The notes: generated by a model from the sequence alone, not told the origin. A stretch of 64,000 nt of DNA from Octopus bimaculoides (GCF_001194135.2 NC_068998.1:16912661-16976660), one strand, 5' to 3'; positions 49,501 to 62,782 are shown, counted from the first letter of the stretch. A program made the numbers and translations.

Positions 49501-52500
49501 AAAAAGTATGGAAGAAAAAATAAAGCATCCAAAGTTACAAAGTAATCCTTCAAAATAATGAATCTCAAATGAGAAGTGATCTTTAAAATTTATACTTCAA
49601 TTTTCTGTGTTTTTTTCTTCTCACTTTTAACAATACATTCTTATTAAACAGCAAAAAATGAATATCTCCTTTTTTTCATATCTGGGACCAAATTAGAGTG
49701 GGTCACATTGTTGTATGTTAAAAAATATAACCATAGAAAGAATAACTGAAAATAAACTTGCAGCTACAGAATAAACATATACCTCAATGTTATTTACCAG
49801 TTACTCAATATAAAGCAGCAAATCTAAGCTATTAAGATTCTTTTTACGTTAGAAATTCTAAACATCTGTTATTGTATAAAGCGGAATGGAAACATGGTTG
49901 ATATAAAAGCCATAGAGATACATGGAACAACATAAAGAAAATACACATAAGCTATAAGGAATTTCTCCTAAAACAATTCACAAAGAATATAATGGAAAAC
50001 AGGCAATTTTAGTTAACTATATTAAACTGCCACAGTGATATTTTCTCCCCTCCAAATTATAAGTCCTAATTTAGTAGATTTTATAAAAAAAAAAAGTAAT
50101 TTAATCAATATCAAAATGCAACAACATTTACTCTCTAAATGATTTGCATTCAAAGATTGCATTTATACAATGCCAGAGGAAGGAACATAAAAATACTATA
50201 ATTGTAGAGTAATATTAAGTTTATTTTGTGTTTGTTTTGGAAGGTTCTTGATGTGAAATCATATGCTGAAACAGCTATTGTTGTATTTTAGATGGTGGTC
50301 ACAACCAGTGCATGTATTTTATTGGCAGGTGTGTATGTGTGTACTTTATATGAATGAACAGGAGGGGAAAATTGAGGAAGCAAGGTACAAAGAGTATTGT
50401 TTTACAAAGAGTATTGTTTAAAGACGTCACTAGAAGTTAAACAAGAGGCATTGTTGAACAGGAGTGCTAGCTAGTGAATTAAACAGGAAGAAAGAAAGTT
50501 GAAGCATTGACAAATAGAACAAGTGTAAGCAGAATTGGACCAGCAATAGAATAAATGCTGCAGATTTAAATGAGACGGTATATCATTCCTGAAAATTGTG
50601 GTACCACCTCATTTTTGTCTTCTAATAAAAAAATTCTTAAAATAAAATCTTTTAATATATTTACACAATATCTTTAGTTCAATTCTTTGTTTAAATCTAA
50701 AATTCAACCCATATGAATAAAATTATAATATTTTTCAAGATACATAATTTTCTTCAAGTGTGCTTCTTATGTAAAATTGTTATATAAATCTTCTAAATTG
50801 ATTTTAAGCTTAAAATTAATATGAAACAGAAGAGAAAACAAAAAATGAAGTCAAGGACACACAACCTATCAATAAAAGTCTACACATGTACAGAAGAAAT
50901 TCTATTAGGATTCCATGGAGAAAAAATAATTAATATAGCAAGCACCAATCTTGTGTGCAAAATCCACCTTAACTAGTATAATAATGTAAGTCTGGTAAAG
51001 TTCTTAAGACTATAACAAACCTAGCTATACCAATCCCAAAGAATTGTATATAAAGATACCGACTGAATTCCAACTTGTGAAATCAATGTATAAGTGGGTG
51101 AATGTTTTGCAGATGTGTACTCTTAGCACAATTCTTAGGCTGAATCAATGTATGTGCGTGTGTGTCTATATATGTATATATATATACATATACACAAGTG
51201 GGGAGAGCAAGAAGAGGAAGAATCAAACCAAGTAAGTGAACTGGTACTTTATCAACAACGAAATGAAAAAATGGATGAACACAGAGCATAAAGGGATGTA
51301 GCCAAAGAACACATGGTAGTTTGTCTGAAGCTCTACTGATTTTTTTTCATCAAGAAAGTATTTCAAACGAAATGCTCAACAAACAACTGAAAGTGTTGAA
51401 ATACTGTTTTAATAAAGTCTTTTTTTTTTTTCATTTGATTTGATTTAAGACAAGAAAACAAACAAACAACAAAATCAACACTAAAAATTGAATAAAACCA
51501 AGAATAAACAAAACTAGAAACAATATAATTATAAAAAAACATTTTTTAAAAGTATGAAAACAATGACTAAAAATGTAAAGACAAAAACAAAACAATAATC
51601 CCTAGAAATAGGTTTTAATATAGCAACAAATTTATCATCTCTATACAATAATAAGCTGATGTAATGTTAGAGGGTTGAATTCTACAGCCATAAAGAGAGA
51701 AATAAGCAAGAGAGAGAAGTAAGAGAGAGAGTTACCATAAGAGGTGCAGGATGAGTGCACACACAAGGCTTGAGAGTTAAGCAATGAGTAAATGAACACC
51801 ATACACAGTCAGAGTGAGTAAATGACATGGTAATGGGAAGAGTTGAACAAATGAGAAAGGTGTCAGATTTAATTTCAAGGTAATATTTTGTTTCTTAAAT
51901 TAGTATTCATTTCATCATTTTGCATAAGCACTAAGAAATTGTTCAATTATAATTATTGTATATATATATACACTATTTCCAGATATTACCCATCATATGA
52001 CAGGTAACACTCTAATCATAACATATGTATAATGAAATGTAGAAAATTTCAAAGATTAAATATTTAGAATGTGTGCAAAAATGGCCATGTGGTAAAGGAA
52101 GTTGGCTTTGCAATCACATGGTTTCAGGCTTGATCTTGTTTTGCAGAAGTTCTTTCTATTAAAGCATCATGTAGACCTATGAAATAGGGTAGAACAGACA
52201 ACGGAAAAAATCTGTTACAGTTTTGTAGTAGACTTAATCTGCTGCTCAGCTTAATACAAATCATCTGGTCTTTGGGTGCCTCTGGCATTCAGACAAGGTC
52301 CACAGAATAAAGATAATCCAAGAGATCCTCACTTTCGACAGTTGTAGAGCCTCTTCAAATGTCATAGGCACCACCCCATCTCCCCTGACTAACTCGTAAA
52401 AGGGAGAGGGAGGGACCTGTCTCTTTTTCCAAAAGGCACTGTGGTATATAGCTTCAACATAATCATAATCTTTGTCATTCACATTTCTTATATTCCACAT

Positions 52501-55500
52501 TTGTATGTGTCAAGTGGACAATAAATGTTTTATTTTTCTTTGAGAATCAAAACACTTTTCTAACCTAAAGATCATTGATCTTTTGACTGGATAACTTGGA
52601 CTTCATATAGTGACAACTAAGAAGCCTCTTTGTTGTTACTTGGCCTATTAGAAGCAGCAGTGAAATCTCACTCAAATTATATTGTATCATCGAAGTGGAC
52701 TGTTTGAGCAACAAGGTCATTCTACTGAGAAATACAAAAAAGTTTAGCACCAGATCAGCCCTTGATTAAAAAGACCTGTGATCAAAGATGCTCCATCAAT
52801 AACCATAGCATTTTTTCAGGAAGTGGTTTAAAAAGTTTGCTTCACAATCAGATGGTTAGGGATTTGATCTTTTAGGCAAGTGTCTTCTACAATAGCCATA
52901 GGCTGATCCAAGTCTTTTAAGTGAAGTCATGCAAACAGAAACCATGTGGAAGGTCATTAGATGGACTGTACTTGTTCTTAGGTGACATCTAACCTATCTA
53001 GTCCAAGTTAAACATCTGACCCTTTGATGCCTTTAGTGAATTCACTCAGTCGCAACCATTCAGACCAGATTTCCAGTCAGAGGGGGATAACCCGATGCAT
53101 CTTCCACTTGCAGCAATCTAAGGTGTAATATCCTCCCTCCATACTAAAAACAATCTAGGATGACACTACCCAATGTGTACAACCCTTTTAAGACAGCAGA
53201 ATGTGATTCTAGTAGGTCAAGTAACTGCTTTAAAACACTCTCTGAAGAGAAAAAAATATTAAATATTTGTGGAAGTACACTTCATCAGTCAGATGTCCTG
53301 CTAAAAACATAAAACGTTTCCTCTTATGATACATCAACACATTTTTTTGTGTTGATGTACTGACTTGTGTCTCGCAAACACTGAACACTAACCAAACATA
53401 GAAGTTACTTCCTTGTTTCAGTCTTAGGAAAGTAGCAACCACAGGGTAGTTTTGGTTATGATAATCCTTTGTTTTATTGATTCAAACTTGAATTTGAAAG
53501 TCCTGATAAGTACAATCAACTACTAGGGCTCAGAATGTTTGACTTGAGCAAATCTATTATTTAGATTGAGGGTTGTTAAACTGTATCCCATGGTTTTAGT
53601 GGAGAGAGACAGAGATAGGGTTATTATAAGGAGTGATTAACTAGCAAAGGGGTGCAGTGGAAACTAAGGCTGATGACAAAATAAAGGTTTCACATAGGAT
53701 CAATTAAAATCAGAGCAAAGATCAACTATATGACATTAGATAATTCCCTCCATTGATTCCCTACACTGGATTATGCCAAGAGATCTAGAATTCTATTTTT
53801 CAACTGGGATTATTGTGAAAGAAAAACAACTTTTGAGAGTCAACTAGTAAATACAAAATAATACCAATCTCCTACCCAATTAATAATCATATACATTCAT
53901 ATATTCTTTCTAAATAACTATTACACCATGCAAAGTTTCTAATTAGTCTCCATAACTTTATATCTATCAACAATACATGTGACATTTGATAATGTTAAAT
54001 GCTGGCTACAATAAAGCTTCAGGATTGTACATGACTGACTCCAATCTTGTGGTTTTGTGCTAAGAAAGATGCACCAAAATTCATCAAAAATCTAAGTGTT
54101 GACATTTTAGAATCTTTTCAATTACTTTTGATGTAATGGTAAAAATTATTATAATTATTGTTTATAACAGAATGTAAGGAAATTAAACAATAGAACTGTT
54201 AGAATGTAACTTCTTGTTTTTTGGAGACTATATAGAGTAGAGAGGACCTCTTTATCTTGCCTTGGACAAGGCAACTTCTCTAGTACTGATGCTATAATAA
54301 AATGCACTCAGTACACTTTGTAAAAGGCATCCTGCTATAGAAACCATGCCAAAATGGCACATACAAATGAGGTGTGGCTCTCAGGCAGCAACTCTGGAAA
54401 AAAACTGACAGAAACACCGATGATCTGTCCAGCCCATGGTAGCATGAAAAATGGAAATAAACTATCATTCTCTTTTTTGCCTTTTACTGACAGAGTATTA
54501 TTCAATCACATCTGCTCCAGCAATAAGCTTTCATATGATCATAACTTTAGAAATTCTAGTCAATCACTAAAACAAATCTCAGAGTTCAACAATGCAGATC
54601 GATTAAAATGGGTTCCTTTTTTCTTTGTAAAGTTTTCAACTTATAGAGTTTAAACTTGACAGACCATTAATTTCATCTTTTGTGCATTTGTCAAATATTC
54701 AAAATTGTGACTAGTATTCCCCTGCTACATTATGTGGCTAAGTGCTCTTTAACACCCAACAAGTAGAAATAAAGGTTCTTAGTTCAAACTCAATTTAGGA
54801 AGCTATATAGAGAGGTATAGGTAGAGCTCTGTAGTTAAGAACTTTGCTTCACAACTAATAGGTCCCATGTTCAGACCCACAGCATGGCACCTTGGTCAAG
54901 TGTCTTCTACTATAACCTTAGGTTGACTAAAACCTTGTGAATGAATTTGGTAAATGGAAACTGATAGAAGCTCATCATTATGTGTGTGTGTGTGAGAGAG
55001 AGAGAGTTAGTATCTCTTAGTTTTGACATAGCAGGATCGTTGTAAATAAGCAAACAAGTGTCACTGTCACACAAGAGATGGCCTTCATTTTCAAACATCT
55101 GTATAAACATATATCCAGCCACAGGGAAATGTTACCTTTCTTGGTAACAGGTGAGGGTTGGCAACAGGAAGAGCACTTGGTCATAGAAAATCTGCCCAAC
55201 CCATGCAAGCATGGAAAAATAAATGTTAAAACAAAGATGATGGCTATGACAACAATATATATCACTTCTTGATGATCATGCTGAACAGATTGAAAGGTTA
55301 GTGTAGGAGACAAATATTTGAAAGATAAAAATACTAGTCAGAAAAATTTAAGTTGTCATAGTGATAACTCATCTCAGATGCAGACAAGTACTGGTTACTG
55401 CTGTAAAATACTATACATACATATATTTGTACACACACAGACAAATTTAATCTTTCAAAGAAAAGACAATACTGGTTTGACAAGCTTAAAAGTATTCTAC

Positions 55501-58500
55501 AAATTACTTATTTTTACCAGGGTTGGACATTATCTACATTTCTAGGCAACCATTAAGAAAGTTGACTTTTTTTTAAAAAAAAATCAAACTTGGTATTTCA
55601 AATACACTGAGAATAATTTATTTAGCAAGTCAGATAATGGTAAAAGTATGAAGAGAGTAACTCCTAATATATAATAGCATATATCAGTTTCACAGCTGCA
55701 TCACTTTACCCACCCACCTAGAAGGGTAATATCTCTGAATAACAGTGTCCTTCTCTCACTAAATACTTCCATTTCCAGCACTGACAACATAAAATGCATT
55801 TGCGACACAAGCTGTCAAGGATAACCAGTATTCTCTATTAAAGTAAGATGAAAGACGACACGGACCACGATGACCTGTCCAACACATATCAGCATAGAGC
55901 ACTACTTAAATATAAAAACAAAACAAAACAAAAAAACTCATGTTCAGACTTCACCGTAGACACTGTTCTGACTTTGGCCAAGGTACATTTTTTCAAGATC
56001 AGTCTAACCAAAAATGGGGATCAATTTTCCACACACATAGCTGAGTGTTATTCATGCTAAGAAGGGCATTCAAGTGTAAAAGAGAAACCTCAACAAATCA
56101 TTCTAATGCTTACATTTAAAGAAATCTTTCTACTAAGAAAATGCATATTTTACTCTCAACTTCTGTGTGTCTACCCACATTTCAAGCAGTCTATTTTTTG
56201 ATCATTTTTAGGTGCTGTATTTCTATGTACATACGATTGACTAGAAAAAAGTATTTTTCTAACTTTTGTTTCTTACGTGAATTGTCAAAACACAGATCTA
56301 TGCAGAATGTGGTAGCTGGTTTTGAAACACTACATTAGAAATATTGGTTTTGAATTCAAAGTGTACATGTGTGTAAGTAAGGCATCTGAAGACTATCAGA
56401 AAATAAACTGCTTAAATGTAATGTAAACGCAGGCACAGAAGAGTTGGTTAAAGCAACACTACAAGCTACAACTCTCATATACAACCAATAAAAATGCATC
56501 TTGTCATCCTACCATCACAACTGTCTCATATCAAGACCTATGGCTTGCAGCAGCAGTAGAAGCAATCCAAAATTAATTCAATTCAAATCATGAAAGCAAC
56601 TGCTAAGACATGAAAATTGGTTCTAAGATGCAATTATGTTTGAAAATTTTATTAAGCATTAGATGCATAAAAATAAAAAATAAATCATGTACTTTTTCCC
56701 CAGAATACATTACAGCATTGCTAAAATTAGCATGTGTAGCAAAAATCTTCAGATTTGGTAAAGAAAGTATTGTAATTTGCTTTAAGCACTGCAGTAAGTG
56801 AAAATGTGATGTTTTTAAAACCTTTGAGCAATGCAGGCAAGAACTTCAAACATGTACAGTGATGTAAATGAATAAAAACAAAGATAGATATTGTATTACA
56901 GTGGTTGCTTAATAATTGTATCTTTTGGGATGAATTTCCCCTTTCAAACAAAAGAAAATAATCAGAGTTCAGAGAAATTTACTGCTATTGGTAAACTGTC
57001 TCAGACTGTGATGGTTTGTCAATAATAAATTTCTTCAAACTCATTACTTTCATTTTTTTAAATCTATTATTTGAAAAGGGGATTTATCCCCAAAATAACA
57101 ACCTATGCAATACAATACAATATCTTTATCTTTGTTTTCATTCACTGACATTACATCACCTTTTTACATATTTTAATTCTTCACCTTCATTCCTCAAAGG
57201 TTTTCTAAACATTTATCTCACAGAATTGCTAGTTTCAAACAAAAACGCACAGCATATAATAGATATATTACTAAAAACATGAAAACTAGATGGTCTTAAA
57301 TTTAATTCTTTAGTCTAATCAAAAGCTAACATGTATATCTTTAATATATATATAATTCAGAAAAGAAGCAAACAAAGCCATAAGTTTGCCACCTTAAAAG
57401 GTGAATGATAAAGATGATAGCGACTAACAAAAACACCAATTCTGACATTTCATGTAATAATTTCCAAATAGTGATTAGTATGTTATAGGTTATAAAATGT
57501 AAAGAATAACAAACAAAAATGTATAAGAGCATCTTAGTAGCGTTTTTCTTCATTTCTATGAAAAAATGTTTTGCCCCAATCTAGCTAATTCATGTTCATG
57601 ACATACATAGCCATATATTATAATAAATGCAACCAGGAGTATTCAGTTAGCTAGTGAAGCATTGAAAGTTGCAAAAGAAAAAGGTGGTATAGAGATATGT
57701 GTGGTATGAATTAGTAATAGAGTTAAGAACCAAAGCTCAAACTAAATTTAACTGCCACTCCAACTGAGAACTTGAAGAATTTGTCCAGTATAAGTAGAAA
57801 AAAAAAGTATCATATTACAGTTGATTATATAATCCAAATAAATAAAGCATACTAAGGATTACTATTTAAATGAAGCATACTATTAATTCTACTTTAAAAA
57901 GTAGATCCCTGAAGCTAAAGCTTAAAACTAAAATTAAAATTGACAAAAAATAAATTAAAAAACCCACTGCCTGAGAAGAAATGCTTTAGAAAACTAAGGT
58001 ATAATACAATAAATAATATACATTATAATATAACAAAAAAAAATTTAAACATTATAAAAACTGAATATGTTTAAAAAATAAATAACAATTAAAAAAATTA
58101 ATTATTGTTCTAATGGTTCTGAAGTAGTATCTCTCTTTTTATGTAAACTAAACTGTTAATGTATAATAATTATAACTGGGGAAACATTAAAAATTATGTC
58201 TAGACCTATGAAATCACTGATGCTAATAAACCTAGAAGTTTAATCATTTCTTGCTACAGTTAAATCAAAATTACATATTAGATTGATATATCATTATTTT
58301 CTATAACCAATATCTTCAAAATACAGAATGGAGATATTTTTTGAAAGCAGGCTAAATTTTTACTGGACCCAACAATACTGCATTTTTTTGAAAATTTATT
58401 TTAACTAGAGAAGAGTTTTAATAATTCACAGTACACACAAAAACAATCATATCTTTTGAAAATAATAAAATGTTAATTGAAAAACCAAAAAAAAAAAAAA

Positions 58501-61500
58501 GGTGAAGTAAAAGGAAAANNNNNNNNNNNNNNNNNNNNNNNNNNNNNNNNNNNNNNNNNNNNNNNNNNNNNNNNNNNNNNNNNNNNNNNNNNNNNNNNNN
58601 NNNNNNNNNNNNNNNNNNNNNNNNNNNNNNNNNNNNNNNNNNNNNNNNNNNNNNNNNNNNNNNNNNNNNNNNNNNNNNNNNNNNNNNNNNNATTCCACTT
58701 GACTCTTCGTAAGAAAAAAAGTTAAGGACAAATACATCCAAGAAGGAGTACAAGAAATATAACAAATTTTGGAGATGATATTTTCTTTTAAAAGAAAAAA
58801 ACCAGACATTTTAATAGTAGATGAACCTTAAGGTGGCAAGCTGGTAGAAATCTGCCTTTATGTTCTGAGTTCAAATTCTGCCAAAATGGACTTTGCCTTA
58901 AATCCCTTTGAGGTCAATAAAATAAGTACCAGCTGAACTGGGTCGATGTTAACTTACCCCCTCTCCAAAACTTGCTGACCGTGAGTCAAAATTTGAAACC
59001 AATATTAGATAAATCTCTTGTGCCACTGTTGGTGCATTTGATTACATTCCTGACAATAATGCATTTTCTGAAGAAATAATGGTTTATATTCTTAAGTAGT
59101 TTATGTATGATGATATAAACTTGTATTTTATCATGACATCAATGTGAGCAATGCAAGGAATGTGAATGAAGCAAATAGCAACAAAAAGCAATTAATACTT
59201 TATCAATGAAGGTTAACAATGCAGATGCCACAAGAGGGAAGTCAGTCAACGGCAGAAGACATTACAATAACAACCAAGAGACTCGAGATGGTTACCAAAC
59301 CTGCTATAAATAACATCTTTCTTTAGACCTACTGCCTTAAAAAAGGAAGGACACACTAGTTATGTGGTTGTGGATAAAATATGTTGAAAAAAGGAGAAAA
59401 AAATAGTTGCAATTGGACAGCATCTTTGATCATAGTTCTAACTGCCAGTAACACAAAATATAATCAACATCAGAACCAATGAGAGAGAAGGAGAGAGAGA
59501 GAGAGGGAGAGCTTTTATGCTGTCATTCAAATGGTTAAATATAGATGCTGAACTTACATTAAATCACCCTCTAAAAGCTTAAAAAGGAAAAAGAGATATT
59601 GGATAATGGAGTCCTAGCTACACACCGACACTGTTTGAAATAAAATTTAAGTTGGTACTGGCTGGCAAACTTTTCAATACAAGCCTGCTCAATCAAGAGT
59701 CAACATTAAATGCAATACACATCATTGTCATCAACATTTTTATGCTCATTTTATCATGCCGAGATTATTTGGTAAGATGTTCTTGTTGCCAACCATTACA
59801 TGTTTTTCAAGTAAGGTACTTTTTATTTCACTGGTCTTCTTGGCTGCAAGATTTTGTTTATGAAGGACCTAAATGCAAAGGTAAGACAATACAGGAAAAC
59901 AAACACTTGGACACACATACTGGTGCAGGCATGGTCACATGGTTACGAAATTTGCTTTGGAGCTACATGGACACTGTTGACTGGAGTCTTGTACTTTTCC
60001 TTTTTGAGAATTATCTGGTAGGTGGAAACTAAAAGAAACTCATTGTTTATATATATGTTAGATTTGGTGTTAGGAAGAGTAATCAGTCACAGAAACCACA
60101 CCAAAGCTAACATGGGAGCTTGTTGTAGTCTTGGAAAATGAACATTAAATGATAACGATGATAGTGTCTGAGGAATGGTTGAGGGTTAGTTTCCTGTTGT
60201 TCTGATATGGATGCATTAATTGTAAATGCAAGTTACCATCATCCAACCACTGAGCTGTTCACTGTTTGAAAGGACGAAGGGAAATATTACTTTACTTGGA
60301 AACTGGTGAGGGCTGGTAAGAGACAGAGCATCTAGCTTCAACAAAGTTTCATCTGGCTCATGCACCTCATCACTGCTAGTTTACTTCCAACTCCATAGCT
60401 ATGTAGCTCCTTTACAAGAAGCACCTGCTCTGCACCCACACCCCTATCTCTTAGTATAAAACTGTCCACACTTTCTGCTTCCATTGGGATTTGTAGTCTT
60501 GCAATCTGCATGGTAACAACACTAGTACTGGTGGCATGAAAAGAAGCCCAGTAAAGTGGTTGGAGTTAGGAAATGCAATCAGCTGTAGAAAGCATGCCAA
60601 AGCAGTACTTGGACCCCTAAGATCCTGTCAAATCATCAAACCCATGCTAGCAAGGAACATGAACAATAAATGATAATTATAGCTTTTAGTGGTGGCCTTA
60701 GTAGAGGTGGGCAAAAGCTGACATGAGGACACAAAAACAGACCAGTTTTGGTCTTCAACAAAACAGATGTACAGTATATAGAGAGCACCAAATCTGGGGA
60801 TGGCCTTAGTCATTTAACAAAGCTAACCTAGGCTGCACAATTGATAACTGATAGCAATTTAACCATTTGGCATTTAGACTGGCTCAGATATTGTACTTGT
60901 TTTATGTTCAAACTGGCCAGATCTGGCATCTCACAGTTACCCTACAATGTCATTCTAAAAATAAACAATCACATTACCAAAATCTCAAAGCTATAAGAAA
61001 TGCTACTTTGCAGCAGAGTTTGACAGTGACATTAGAATAAGGGGATAGGCATTATTAGCAAATTATTGCAATTAGAGTCAAGAATGGAGCTAACAAGTAG
61101 AGTAAACTAGAATCAGTATTGTTTGAAAGAAATTTAGTAAAGATTCTTTGCTAATAGGAGTGGACACGGGTCATAAAACTATGAATGTTTGAAGTTTATT
61201 ATGAATGGATGATAGACTGAGTGCCATCTAGCTGAGAATACTGAGTTTTTACTTTTAAAAAAAGTTTAAAAACTTATACAGAAAAAAACAAACAAAAAAA
61301 AAACAACCAAAACCAAAAATATCAGTTTTTGCAATAGCTGGACAATATGGAAAGGATATAAATTCTCTTGGTGTTCTGTGTTCTAATGTGAGGTGTGCAG
61401 CAAAGTCATCAGTTACATGGTTAGGATCCCCACCAGGCAATGCAGCACATATTGGACAAACCTTAAAAAGAGAATAATGACAATATTTACACACAAAATC

Positions 61501-62782
61501 TGAGCTATGTATTGTAAAGATATGTATAAAAGGCTAAAAATATTTTTTTTTAAATGGTGGTTCGCTGTTGATTAACATAACTCAAGATACCCTTAGGTTT
61601 TATGGAGCAACACTTATAATGCAATTATATCTATGTAAGTGAAATCCGGGTTTGTTAATGTCAACAATATAGTTTCTCTGAAAATGAGTACCATGAATAA
61701 AAAGATTTGCTTTGCAAAATTCTCAGAAAGTTCTTGCCAGGATTAGAAGGACTTTTAGGTTTGTACAATATTGAAGAAAATGTCAGGAGAAGATTTCTAT
61801 CAGTTTCATCACTTGCAGCATTTGCATGAGAACAGGTTGACAGAAGATTGTACCGAGTTTCAAAGCAGATAGCCTTCAGGATGTCCAACAATACGTACAT
61901 GCGACTGATCTGAAGAATTTCAATATAAATGTTGGACTGTTACAGAAGAAAATAAAATAAACTGTGTTGACTCAAGTCTTTTGTCAGGGAGCAATCAAGA
62001 AAAAAAAAAAAGTACTATATGCACTGTATAGAATACAGCAATATTATTTATATTTCTTACCTAATCCTCTTCTTATAGTAAAGATTTATTAAATATCTAT
62101 TTCTGTCTTGAAAGACATTCACACATAATTATCATAAAATACCAAGTATCAGAAACTATTTCTTTATAATTTATGATGAATTGTTGGAATACCTTTGTCA
62201 AATTTTGAAAAAATAATCTTAGAAAAAAAAAAAAAAAAAAAANNNNNNNNNNTTTGGTAAATTACCACATTAAAAAAATTTTTTTTTAGTTTGAATATAT
62301 TTTCATAAGCATCAAAAAGGCAAAAATATTTATTTTGTTGTAAATTTGGACATGAATTGTGGTGAAAATTTATTTTACAATAACCTGCATAACCTTACAA
62401 TACAGTAACTGTAAAAAGATTCAAACTCTTAATCTTGCAGTCTATAATCCCATGTCTTAATCACACAGTAGCTGTTTCTTTTATTAACATATGAAAAAAT
62501 AATATAGACAAAATATCAAACGAATAATTTTAGGCATATTAAAAATTGTTTCCGTGTTTTATAATAAGAAATACACAAATGAAAAAAAAAAAAAAAAAAG
62601 ATGTGGAAAATTATCACTCAATGAGAAACAGATTATACTAACTACTTCTGTAGAGGCGTCTGCATGCTCTGATGTGACATGCTCCTGTAAAGTTGCTTCT
62701 GTAAACCCCATTTTGCCACAATATGGACAAGTGAAAGACTGGGCCTGCTCGGCAGGCAATGCTTCTCCCCCATAATACAGTT
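27593..62782 (-). CDS. KCMF1: E3 ubiquitin-protein ligase KCMF1-like; 5'-partial (ZZ-finger exons outside window)
   Basis: Exons 62643-62782, 61360-61461, 58708 into N-gap, 39844-39943, 33152-33304 and 27593-28424. ELYYGGEA...SFTCPYCGKMGFTEATLQEHVTSEH, VCPICAALPGGDPNHVTDDFAAHLTLEHR, ELLSQLS, SQFLL, SLFVQEVLLSTL and terminal EPPP match human KCMF1 as recalled. Confidence 0.96.
32322..32641 (+). mobile_element. Second SINE-like retroposon family (family B) ending in ..gcatggaaagcagacgttaaac(GAT)n
   Basis: Related pieces at ~1545-1850(-), 2270-2321, 2625-2720(-), 4350-4612, 17205-17420(-), 21075-21185(-), 29190-29525, 37326-37414(-), 39410-39510(-), 54300-54450, 60530-60670. Confidence 0.8.
33152..33304 (-). 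CDS. KCMF1: KCMF1-like exon (QQLERLPRRQ...NSQFLLPR), phase 2 to 2
   Basis: Acceptor ttttttccag|A, donor AG|GTTTGG, 153 nt; not in ORF track. Confidence 0.9.
37432..37567. mobile_element. Palindromic miniature element with ~63-bp arms, TA-flanked
   Basis: Arms 37432-37495 and 37505-37567 are reverse complements with about 5 differences and a 9-nt loop. Confidence 0.7.
39844..39943 (-). CDS. KCMF1: KCMF1-like exon (ELLSQLSSVRSRAAAAQSVSSQLQQLEMQLQSTK), phase 1 to 2
   Basis: Acceptor tttttattacag|AG, donor AA|GTAAGT, 100 nt; not in ORF track; similar to human ELLSQLSGVRR...SQLQQLQMQLQ. Confidence 0.92.
41821..42030 (+). mobile_element. Remnant of LINE ORF2 C-terminus
   Basis: Reads ..IQGRRPRGQLHTRWEVVVDYDL..EIAHDRISF, resembling the GxRxRGRPxxRWxDxVxxDL..AxDR motif at the end of RTE-type RT ORFs. 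Confidence 0.6.
58519..58691. other. Assembly gap (173 N) covering most of a KCMF1 exon; other gaps at 1210-1222, 4630-4699, 8383-8481, 41035-41110, 62243-62252
   Basis: Runs of N; the other gaps abut microsatellites or homopolymers. Confidence 0.98.
58692..58708 (-). CDS. KCMF1: Visible start of KCMF1-like exon (EESSGI...); remainder lies in N-gap 58519-58691
   Basis: 17 coding nt GAAGAGTCAAGTGGAAT after the AC acceptor, then 173 N. Confidence 0.85.
58709..61359 (-). other. U12-type (minor spliceosome) AT-AC intron, 2651 nt
   Basis: 5' splice site ATATCCTTT (61359-61351), branch point TCCTTAAC (58728-58721), 3' end ...TTCTTAC| (AC at 58710-58709); joins REF|EESSG, matching human RDL|DESSG as recalled. 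Confidence 0.95.
58825..59005 (+). mobile_element. Third SINE family copy (head ggtggcaagctgg..gagttcaaattctgcc..aaataagtaccag), inside the U12 intron
   Basis: B-box-like GAGTTCAAATTC; related pieces at ~14920-14985, ~21925-21990 and ~5520-5610. Confidence 0.6.
61360..61461 (-). CDS. KCMF1: KCMF1-like exon (VCPICAALPGG...RTPREF), 102 nt, followed by a U12 donor
   Basis: Acceptor ctctttttaag|GTT; ends TTT|ATATCCTTT. Confidence 0.96.
62643..62782 (-). CDS. KCMF1: KCMF1-like exon with C2H2 finger (ELYYGGEA...STEV), 140 nt, phase 1 to 0
   Basis: Acceptor tatttcag|AA, donor GTA|GTTAGT. Confidence 0.96.

Noticed and set aside
52261-52500. 79-aa minus-strand ORF as the missing KCMF1 exon
   Set aside because: No similarity to the expected RH-RR...MDPIAE segment and no good splice sites; possibly an old LINE C-terminal remnant, but too weak to call.
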